Below the pieces are notes generated by a model. That model did no database searches, was not told the DNA's origin, and was given only the letters and a program-made list of their open reading frames with translations. Below, piece after piece: positions 56,619 through 64,000 of a DNA stretch of 64,000 nucleotides (position 1 is the first letter of the stretch; every line of letters starts with the position of its first letter). The stretch lies in assembly GCA_963845755.1 (NCBI GenBank), contig CAWJTV010000019.1, positions 64,001-128,000 of the forward strand, read 5' to 3'. This stretch comes from an uncultured Planctomycetota bacterium (GTDB lineage Bacteria; Planctomycetota; Planctomycetia; Isosphaerales; Isosphaeraceae). A program made the translations under genes and the position numbers.

Positions 56619-59240
56619 ATGTCTGTCCTCTTACTGACACTCCCCTTGCTGTGGGCGCAGGTCAATCCGGTGCCCGCCGATCCGGCCATGAGGCGGGCCG
56701 TGACGGCGCCGGTCCAGACCCAGGCGCCCGGCGCGGCCGGTCAGCCGGCAACGCCGCCCGTGGCCCCGGCCGCCGCCAACCCGGCCGCCGCGCCCAACCC
56801 CGCGCCCCCGATGGCGGTGCCGCCGCCCATCTCCCGGGGGTTGATGTCCGTCCTCGCCTGGACCTACATCGCGAGCGATCCCGGCTTCACCGAGCTGGGC
56901 CTGCTGGGCGGGTTCCTCACCTGGCTGAAAGCCGTCAGCCTCCTCTGCCTGCTGGGCTGGGTCCTCTCCTGGCTGGTGACCGGCGTCAAGGAGCGGGTGA
57001 TCGGTCGGGGAGGATGGATTGACTATGTGTTCCTGACCGCACTGATCCTGACGCCGCTGACGGTCATGCTCCGGGTCCTGGAATCGGTGGAGAAAATACC
57101 GGTCTACAACGTGGGACCGATCGGCCTGACGTTTCTGGCGATGCTGGTGTGTGCCCTGCTGTACACGACCTGGCTCGAAGTGGCGGTCTGGCGGACGATC
57201 CGGCGGCTGGGGCGCGGCATCGACGTGGTCGTGCTCCTCGGCGTCCACCTGGCCCTGGCGCTGGGCCTGGCCGTCGGCCTGTACCTCCAGCAGATCCAGT
57301 TCCTGGATTTCGTCATGCTCCGCCCGCCCGGCACCTACACCTGGCGCGAAGGGCTCATCTACGGCCTGCGGATCAGCGTGACCTACATGGGTTATGTCGT
57401 GGCCCTTCGGATCCTGGGACTGTTCCTCTACGAGCTGATCGCGGTCCGCGGGCGGCGGTTGTTCTCGATCGCCCTGCTGAGCATCCACGAGGCGAACCGC
57501 CGGATGTGGGCCCCCTGGGTGGTGATCACGGTCTTCCTGCTGGTGCTGGCGTTCACGCACTGGTTCCTCCAGCCGCCTCGCGCCGCGGAGATGGGCCGGC
57601 TCTACGTGGGGACGCTCACCCTGCTCTGCTCGGTGCTCCTGACGGTGATGGTGACGATCCTGACGCCGCTGTCGCTGCCGACGGACATCCAGCAGCAGAC
57701 GATCTACACGGTCGTCTCCAAGCCGGTGCGCCGGCTCGAGATGATCTGGGGCCGGATGATCGGCTACATGGTGCTGGTCACCGTGCTCGTGGTCCTCTTC
57801 GGCGGGATCAGCCTGCTCTACCTGTGGCGGACGGTCGGGCTCACGATCCAGCAGACCGAGCTGGCGGCGGTCAAGGCCCAGAAAGAGGGACGGGCCTCGG
57901 ATTTCAAGTTGCTGACGGAACAGGCCGATCAACTGCGGACCCGGCTCTCGGCCCGGGTACCGATCAAGGGCTCGCTGTCGTTCCTCGACTCGCGCGGGGT
58001 GCCGCACGCGATGGGGATCGACGTGGGTTCGGACGTGTCGATGAGGGAGCCGCGGAGCCACATCGAGGGCGCGACGCCGTCGGCCGCCATCTGGAGCTTC
58101 GGCATGGTGCCCGACCCGTTCACCCCGCGCGGTCAGCGGCCCCGGACGCTCAACCGGCGCATCCCCGTGGACGATTTCCTGCGGGCGGGGACCATCGAAG
58201 GGGACCTGGACCGGATCTACCAGCTCGAGGACCAGATCCGGGCCGCCCGGCTCTCCAAGTCCCAGCCCTCGGTGTCCGCCGCCGAGGCCAGCCGGCTCGA
58301 CGCCACCATCGCGCGGAACCAGGCGGAGCTGACCCGGATGCACGGCGTCTACGATTCCAAGAAGCGGCAGTCCGACGAGCTGGAGCAGAAGGCGACGGAA
58401 GCGGAGGCTGCCCAGCGGGCTGACGAGGCGGAAGGGCTGCGGAAGCAGATCGCCGAGCTCCACTCCCCGCTGGTCACCGTCGAGATGAGCTTCAACGTCT
58501 ACCGGACGACGAAGGGGAAGATCGGCGAGCCGGTCTATGCCGAGATCCAGGCCTTCAACTACGTGACTCAGGCTCGGTTCGAGGGGGACGTCTTCCCGAT
58601 CAAGGAGTATTACACCAACCGCGTGCAGCTCCCCCCCTCGATCCTGGCCGGCTCCGGCGGCGCGCTGCGAATCGAGATCCGATGCCTGAGCCCGACCCAG
58701 TACCTTGGCATGGCCGAGAGCGACCTGTACCTGCTGCCGCGCTCGGGGAACTTCGGCGTCAATTACATGAAGGGCCTCTTCGGCATCTGGCTCCAGGCCA
58801 TGGTCCTGACCGCCATCGGCGTCTGTGCCGGGACGTTCCTGAGCTGGCCGGTGGCCCTGTTGACCACCATCTCGTTCTTCGTCGCCGGGCAGTTGGCCTT
58901 CGCCTTCCTGGTCGACTTCACGCGCCAGGCCGTGCTGGGCGGCGGCCCGTTCGAATCGCTGATCCGGCTCTTGACCCACGACAACCAGATGAGCGACCTG
59001 GCGCCGACGGCCGGCGTCGTGCTGGCCAAGACCCTCGATTCGCTGGTCATGCCGATCATGTCGATGCTCGTCTACGTCGTCCCGAACTTCAACGCCCTCG
59101 ACGTCAGCAACCTGGTTGCCGACGGATTCGCCGTGAGCTGGGGAGCCCTGGGGCTCAACACCCTGCTGGCGATGGCCTACGCCTTGCCCTTCTCCCTCGC
59201 CGGATATTTCATCCTGAAGAACCGAGAGGTCGCTGCATGA
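56619..59240 (+). CDS. Large ABC-2 type permease with extra N-terminal membrane domain and coiled-coil insertion
   Basis: LPTDIQQQTIYTVVSKPVRRLEMIWGR motif, many TM segments, terminal LKNREVAA. Confidence 0.88.
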   Translation: MSVLLLTLPLLWAQVNPVPADPAMRRAVTAPVQTQAPGAAGQPATPPVAPAAANPAAAPNPAPPMAVPPPISRGLMSVLAWTYIASDPGFTELGLLGGFLTWLKAVSLLCLLGWVLSWLVTGVKERVIGRGGWIDYVFLTALILTPLTVMLRVLESVEKIPVYNVGPIGLTFLAMLVCALLYTTWLEVAVWRTIRRLGRGIDVVVLLGVHLALALGLAVGLYLQQIQFLDFVMLRPPGTYTWREGLIYGLRISVTYMGYVVALRILGLFLYELIAVRGRRLFSIALLSIHEANRRMWAPWVVITVFLLVLAFTHWFLQPPRAAEMGRLYVGTLTLLCSVLLTVMVTILTPLSLPTDIQQQTIYTVVSKPVRRLEMIWGRMIGYMVLVTVLVVLFGGISLLYLWRTVGLTIQQTELAAVKAQKEGRASDFKLLTEQADQLRTRLSARVPIKGSLSFLDSRGVPHAMGIDVGSDVSMREPRSHIEGATPSAAIWSFGMVPDPFTPRGQRPRTLNRRIPVDDFLRAGTIEGDLDRIYQLEDQIRAARLSKSQPSVSAAEASRLDATIARNQAELTRMHGVYDSKKRQSDELEQKATEAEAAQRADEAEGLRKQIAELHSPLVTVEMSFNVYRTTKGKIGEPVYAEIQAFNYVTQARFEGDVFPIKEYYTNRVQLPPSILAGSGGALRIEIRCLSPTQYLGMAESDLYLLPRSGNFGVNYMKGLFGIWLQAMVLTAIGVCAGTFLSWPVALLTTISFFVAGQLAFAFLVDFTRQAVLGGGPFESLIRLLTHDNQMSDLAPTAGVVLAKTLDSLVMPIMSMLVYVVPNFNALDVSNLVADGFAVSWGALGLNTLLAMAYALPFSLAGYFILKNREVAA

Positions 59241-60703
59241 ACACGCTATCCAGCTTCAACAAGAAGCTTGTCTATACGGCGGTGATCGTCCTGCTGTTCA
59301 CCGCCATGTACCCCTATGCGAACTGGCTGTCCGCGGAGAAGAAGGATCGCGACCTCGGCGAGGCGGCCATCGGCCAGATCGATACCGGCAGCTTCATGAT
59401 GAAGTTGTTCCTGCTGGGCGGATTCCGGGGCATCGTCGCCGACCTCCTCTGGATCCGCGCCGAGGACCACAAGCGCGCGCACGACTGGGACAAGCTCGCG
59501 TCCACCGTCAACCTGATCACCAAGCTCCAGCCCCACTTCCTCCACATCTGGACGTTCCAGTCGTGGAACCTGGCCTACAACGTCTCGGTCGAATGGGACG
59601 CGCCCGAGGACAAGTATCAGTGGATCAAGAAGGGGATCCAGTTCATCCAGGAGGGGGTCAAGAAGAACAAACGTTCGCCCGACCTGGTCTGGGATACCGC
59701 CTGGTGCTACTACCACAAGCTGGGCTTCGCCGACGAGTCGATCATCCTGCGGCGACTGTTCCGCGACGACGAGGATATCGCGTTCAAGACCTACTACGAC
59801 CCCGAGCGCCGCCAGGACGTGGTGGGTGACGATAATTTCAAGCTCGGCTACGGCTGGTTCAGCAAGGCGGTCGCCCTGGTCGACGCGGGCGTCAATCGGG
59901 TCGTCTCGGGCACGGGGGTCGACACCACGGCCACCGGGCTGGAGATCGAGTACGTCGACGCCACCCCGCAGCGGAAGGGACGTCCCGAGGACATCGCCTT
60001 CCGATCGATGCCGGCGCACGGCCAGACCCGCTACGCCGCCGGCCTGGAGAAGATGAGCGTCTACGGCATCCCGGCCGTGTTCGGCGAGCGTGCCAAGAAC
60101 GAATGGGCGGCCGCGCTCCATGAATGGGTTGTGTTGGGCGAGCATATGTTCTTGTCTCACAACGAGGTGCCCGACGAGCACGGCAAGCTCCACCGCGACG
60201 AGATCCGGCTCGACGACGCGACCAATCCCGATCGGATGAAGGTGCTCAGCGACAACCAGCGTCACTGGACCGAGCGCTGGAGCAACCAGATGAACTACCG
60301 GTACTGGAAGACCCGGTGCCAGGCCGAGCAGGACGACAACGGCGTCCTGGCGCGGCAGCTCTTCTACGAGGGCACGGTCGCCTACAAGCTGGGCGACTTC
60401 CCCAAGGCCGCCGACAAGTTCAAGGAAGGACTCAGCGTCTGGAAGACGGCGCTCAACGGGTATCCCGCCTTCCGCGACGACGAGCTGAGCAAGAAGGATA
60501 CCGGGTTGATCGTGAAGCGTTATCTCCGCGTCCTGAAACAGCTCGGGTCGCCGGTGCCCGAGAATCTGCCGTTCAAGGAGACGGCCGCCGCGGCCGAGAG
60601 CGACACCACGGTCGATCCGTTCGACGCCATCGAGATGATCGGCGCCCCGGCCGCCACGGCCTCCGGGGCCGCGCCCGGGACGTCGCCACCTCCGAAACCG
60701 TGA
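59237..60703 (+). CDS. Membrane-anchored helical hypothetical protein coupled to the ABC permease
   Basis: ATGA overlap; N-terminal TM; LLGGFRGIVADLLW, KLQPHFLHIWTFQSWNLAYNVSVE; TPR-like C-terminal helix pair. Confidence 0.85.
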   Translation: MNTLSSFNKKLVYTAVIVLLFTAMYPYANWLSAEKKDRDLGEAAIGQIDTGSFMMKLFLLGGFRGIVADLLWIRAEDHKRAHDWDKLASTVNLITKLQPHFLHIWTFQSWNLAYNVSVEWDAPEDKYQWIKKGIQFIQEGVKKNKRSPDLVWDTAWCYYHKLGFADESIILRRLFRDDEDIAFKTYYDPERRQDVVGDDNFKLGYGWFSKAVALVDAGVNRVVSGTGVDTTATGLEIEYVDATPQRKGRPEDIAFRSMPAHGQTRYAAGLEKMSVYGIPAVFGERAKNEWAAALHEWVVLGEHMFLSHNEVPDEHGKLHRDEIRLDDATNPDRMKVLSDNQRHWTERWSNQMNYRYWKTRCQAEQDDNGVLARQLFYEGTVAYKLGDFPKAADKFKEGLSVWKTALNGYPAFRDDELSKKDTGLIVKRYLRVLKQLGSPVPENLPFKETAAAAESDTTVDPFDAIEMIGAPAATASGAAPGTSPPPKP

Positions 60704-60869
60704 GGCTCGTTCGAGGGTCCGCGGGATCGCGCGCGATCGGCGACTCGACCCTTCTCGACGACATCGCATCGCGGTACACTCACCAGCCCCGGCCCTGGCA
60801 CCCTGCCACGGCCGGGGCTTGGTTTTTCCGGTGCCGCCCCCTGGCAACCCCAATCCGGAGGTGACCCTC

Positions 60870-61976
60870 ATGGCGATCGAAAAGAAATCCCCGATTCCGG
60901 ATTCCCGATTCCGGATTCCCGATTCCGGATTCCGGATTCCCGATTCCGGATTCCGGATCCCTGATTCCGGATTCCGGATCTCCGATCCCGGATCTCCGAT
61001 CCCGGATTCCCGATGCCAGATGCCCGAATTCCTAAGGTTTCTTATCGGGAATCGGGACTCCGGAATCGGGAATCCGTTATTCCGAACGATCCGGCTCTTG
61101 CTCATCGGAGCGGCGACGGCCTGGCTGACGGTGCCCCTGGCCCACGCCCAGGGCGATCGCCCGTTGCGGATCATCGTCTTCGGTGCCCATCCGGACGATT
61201 GTGAGCTGGAGGCGGCGGGCACCGCGGCGCGGTGGGCCGAGCTCGGCTACAAGGTGAAGTTCGTCAGCGTAACCAACGGCGACATCGGCCACCACGAGAT
61301 GGCCGGCGCCATCCTCGCCCGGCGTCGCACCGCGGAGGTGAAACGGTGTGCCGAGATCCTCGGCATCGAGTCCGAGGTCCTCGACATCCACGACGGCGAG
61401 CTCCTCCCCACCCTGGAGAACCGCCGGCTGATCACGCGCAAGATCCGCGAGTGGCAGGCCGACGTGGTCATCGCCCACCGGCCCAACGATTACCATCCCG
61501 ACCATCGTTATACCGGGATCCTCGTCCAGGACGCGGCCTTCATGGTGATCGTCCCCAGCTTCTGCCCCGACGTCCCCGCACTCCGCAAGAACCCCGTCTT
61601 CCTCTACACCGAGGATGGCTTCAAGAAACCCAATCCGTTCGAGCCGGATGTCGTCGTGCCGATCGATTCGGTGCTGGAGAAGAAGGTCGCCTGCGTCAAC
61701 GCCCTCGAGTCGCAGTTCTACGAGTGGAACCCCTGGCTCTTCGGCTATCTCGACAAGGTGCCCAAGGAGAAGGAAGCCCGGCTCGCCTGGACCCGAGACC
61801 GGATCGCCCGCAGCACGGCCTCGCTGGCCGATCGGTTCCGCCCGAAGCTCGTCGACCTCCTCGGCCCCGATCGCGGCAAGGCCGCCAAGCACGCCGAGGC
61901 GTTCGAGGTCTGCGAATACGGCTCGCAGCCGTCGCGCGCCCAATTGATGAAGATCTTCCCCTTCTTTGATCGTTAG
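60870..61976 (+). CDS. PIG-L/LmbE family deacetylase (alternative start 61020)
   Basis: GAHPDDCE, VTNGDIG, RRTAE, DYHPDH; signal-like segment ending AHA-Q; GGAGGTG RBS before ATG 60870. Confidence 0.9.
   Translation: MAIEKKSPIPDSRFRIPDSGFRIPDSGFRIPDSGFRISDPGSPIPDSRCQMPEFLRFLIGNRDSGIGNPLFRTIRLLLIGAATAWLTVPLAHAQGDRPLRIIVFGAHPDDCELEAAGTAARWAELGYKVKFVSVTNGDIGHHEMAGAILARRRTAEVKRCAEILGIESEVLDIHDGELLPTLENRRLITRKIREWQADVVIAHRPNDYHPDHRYTGILVQDAAFMVIVPSFCPDVPALRKNPVFLYTEDGFKKPNPFEPDVVVPIDSVLEKKVACVNALESQFYEWNPWLFGYLDKVPKEKEARLAWTRDRIARSTASLADRFRPKLVDLLGPDRGKAAKHAEAFEVCEYGSQPSRAQLMKIFPFFDR
60891..61030 (+). repeat. Tandem heptamer array (C[C/G]GATTC) x about 20
   Basis: Counted directly in the sequence; about four inverted copies follow at 61046-61076. 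Confidence 0.95.
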
Positions 61977-62007
61977 GATGCCTCGCGGTTGGCTTGCAAG
62001 CGAGCGT

Positions 62008-62072
62008 GTAGGGTGCTCTGTGAGCACCAGTCCCCGCGTCAGGCCCGCTCCGATGCGCAAAGAGCGCCCTAC
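62008..62072. repeat. GTAG-type REP doublet (same family as 23613)
   Basis: GTAGGGTGCTCTGTGAGCACC..GATGCGCAAAGAGCGCCCTAC. Confidence 0.8.
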
Positions 62073-62150
62073 CCAGACGGGGGGCCCCGCGCGTATCTAC
62101 GGCCTCCCGTTCCTGGTGATCATCGCCCATAGCTGGGCGGCCCCAACGAG

Positions 62151-62193
62151 AAAGGGGACAGGCACCTCGAAGAGACGGTGCCTGTCCCCGTTT
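62151..62193. repeat. Palindromic repeat, possible bidirectional terminator
   Basis: AAAGGGGACAGGCACC..GGTGCCTGTCCCCGTTT between convergent genes; half copy at about 48263. Confidence 0.75.
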
Positions 62194-62244
62194 GTACCGG
62201 TATCGAGGAGTGACCGATGACTCATGACCAGTGACCACGGACGA

Positions 62245-62829
62245 TCAGAGTGGCGGGGTATCGATCTGGGGCGGTCCCGCACAGCGGCGGAGGTGGTCCT
62301 TGTCGATGTAGACGACCTCCACCTTGTGATCGACGTGATTGAATGGGATCGGATAGTCGGACCAGTAGAGCTCGTCGTAATACACCGTGCACTTGTAGTG
62401 ACAGTGGATGAGCTGGCAGGGCCCGGCCAGTGGGTAAATCTTGCAGGGGTCAACCTTCTCCCCAATCTTCTCGATGAGGATCCGGGCATTATTCCGCTGG
62501 GTTTCGTAGAACGGCGGGCAGCCGTTCTTGAACTTGGGAACTTTGTTCCAGACCTCTTGCTCGCTCGGGGGATCGAGGCAGACCGCCGGCGCGAACTCAC
62601 CGGGAATCGGGTCGAGGATGGGAATCTTATTGTTTCTCTCCTCCCGATTCATGTCCTCTTCCAGGCGTTGCGACTGCGAGGGTAGGATCGGGAAAGCGAA
62701 TGACCAGCCGGTGACGTGAAGCGGCGAGATATTGCGGAAGACATAGCTCAGACCGCAGCCCACATGGGTGGTAGCGATCACTGCCAGGGAGGCACCCGCA
62801 ATCAGGCCGCGAACCCAGCGCAGGGTCAT
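62245..62829 (-). CDS. Cys-rich putative lipoprotein
   Basis: Signal ending HVGC; VCLDPPSEQEV, DPCKIYPLAGPCQLIHCHYKCTVYY, EVVYIDKDHL. Confidence 0.8.
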   Translation of the reverse strand: MTLRWVRGLIAGASLAVIATTHVGCGLSYVFRNISPLHVTGWSFAFPILPSQSQRLEEDMNREERNNKIPILDPIPGEFAPAVCLDPPSEQEVWNKVPKFKNGCPPFYETQRNNARILIEKIGEKVDPCKIYPLAGPCQLIHCHYKCTVYYDELYWSDYPIPFNHVDHKVEVVYIDKDHLRRCAGPPQIDTPPL

Positions 62830-63277
62830 CGCGCGTCCGGTGCCGCGCGGATCGGAACATGGTCTACTCCCCTCCTTGGGAACATGCGCAAACGCGCCGG
62901 GGGGCATTCGGGCCCCACCGGCCTCTGGGCGCCGGGACCGTGAGATTTTGAATGGCTGACCGATCATTCCGGCGACAGCTCGCGATCAAGACGACCGGTC
63001 CGTGTGGACTAGTTATCGAACGATGCCCGCTCGGGCTGTGAGAAATTCCTGATCGCCTTGACAATTTCCGCATCGGGAGGTCACCGGTGCGAGGTGCCGT
63101 TGGATGCGGGAGGGGCCTCGCGACCGGCCCGGAAGATCGCGGTTTGCGGGCCTGGACTTCGGGCGAAAGAGAAAGCCGGCTGGAGGCCCGAGGGCTTCCA
63201 GCCGGCCGCGGGTCGTTCGGATCCGCCTCGTGACGCGACGCGAAACGCGGGCGTGATCCGCGGACATCGGGTCCACG

Positions 63278-64000
63278 TCAATAGGCCATGATGCCGAACG
63301 GATACGGGGTGAAGAAAGGCCGGGTGTAATTCTTCTTGAAATCCAGCCACCAGATGCCATCATCCCATCGGAGGGTGACGGCGCGCCAGTCCAGGGGCAC
63401 CTCCGGATAGGGGTAGAACGGGCCGATGTTCGGCCACGCCTGCCAGGGATAGGCGGTCGGATAGCCGACGGCGGAGAAGTTGGGATACGGGGCATAGCTG
63501 GGCCACGCATAGTTGGGCTGGCCCGGCATCGCGGCCTGGGTCGCACCGGTCATGCCGGCCGGCCCTTCGGGCACGGGACCACCCGAGGCATAGTTGGCCG
63601 CGCCGGTCACCGGCGTGCCGCCGTCCATCTCGTAACCGCCGCCGCCATCATATTGGCGGCGATGATGGCCCAGGGCCATTTGCGGCTGATACTGGACCGG
63701 GAGGACCGACCGATCATTGGCGACCTGGAGCTGGTCGATCACGCCGGTGACTCCGGCGGTCTGCTGGGCGCGCGCCATCGCCTCAGCTTTCTGGACCGGG
63801 CTGCCCAGCGTACCGGTCAAGGTCACCAGGCCGTCGCGCGCCGGATCTCGATGCGATAGCCCGCGAGGTTCCGGCTGGCTCGCAACGTGCCGGCCACGGC
63901 GTCGGCGGTCACTTGATTGGCATGGGGCGCGATCTCCTGGGCCATGGCCGAGCTGGCCAGCGCGACCAGGAGACCGAACGCGGTCGAAATCCGTTTCAGT
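63278..64000 (-). CDS. BON domain protein with Pro/Tyr/Trp-rich C-terminus; 5' end beyond the window, frameshift near 63840
   Basis: Signal LKRISTAFGLLVALASSAMAQ; GLVTLTG..AGVTGVIDQL BON motif; PNYAWPSYAPYPN..IGPFYPYPEVPLDWRAVTLRWDDGIWWLDF. Confidence 0.82.
   Translation of the reverse strand, partial: TETDFDRVRSPGRAGQLGHGPGDRAPCQSSDRRRRGRHVASQPEPRGLSHRDPARDGLVTLTGTLGSPVQKAEAMARAQQTAGVTGVIDQLQVANDRSVLPVQYQPQMALGHHRRQYDGGGGYEMDGGTPVTGAANYASGGPVPEGPAGMTGATQAAMPGQPNYAWPSYAPYPNFSAVGYPTAYPWQAWPNIGPFYPYPEVPLDWRAVTLRWDDGIWWLDFKKNYTRPFFTPYPFGIMAY

Noticed and set aside
56631..61222. Long antisense ORFs (782 aa and 658 aa; likewise 19792-21717, 29280-31034, 35325-37451)
   Set aside because: Shadow ORFs of high-GC genes on the opposite strand; no recognisable motifs
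1746..63840. Programmed ribosomal frameshifting in the broken genes
   Set aside because: No shared slippery motif; only the IS3 A8G site fits a programmed shift

Overview
High-GC bacterial chromosome segment. The gene content (DUF1501, DUF1549/DUF1553, DUF1552/DUF1592, DUF1559, DUF4058, ECF sigma + Ser/Thr kinase-WD40) is typical of a planctomycete, most likely Isosphaeraceae-like (inference). About 20 otherwise intact genes are broken by single-base frameshifts, most likely uncorrected long-read errors, so every fusion or pseudogene call needs read-level checking. Main blocks: (1) housekeeping and membrane genes plus an apparent phosphoribosyltransferase-Ser/Thr kinase-WD40 fusion upstream of mgtE (1-10 kb); (2) an ~18 kb co-oriented locus headed by a FadR-type regulator with a palindromic operator, carrying two DUF1553/DUF1501 pairs, a DUF1592/DUF1552 pair, a NagX-like acyltransferase and a BNR-like protein, divergent from a PQQ/GSDH dehydrogenase-cytochrome c gene (11-31 kb); (3) lnt, a single-Cys exported MsrA, thiolase, SDR and an ECF-kinase-lipoprotein-DUF1559 module with a truncated kinase duplicate (32-45 kb); (4) second lnt, moeA, trpG/pabA; (5) an accessory patch with short repeats, an orphan SMI1/KNR4 gene, a decayed IS3 element and a probable IS200/IS605 right-end remnant (50-54 kb); (6) an ABC transporter/helical protein/PIG-L/lipoprotein/BON envelope cluster (54-64 kb). 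Several REP/MITE-like palindromes and heptamer repeats occur. No rRNA, tRNA or CRISPR array was seen.
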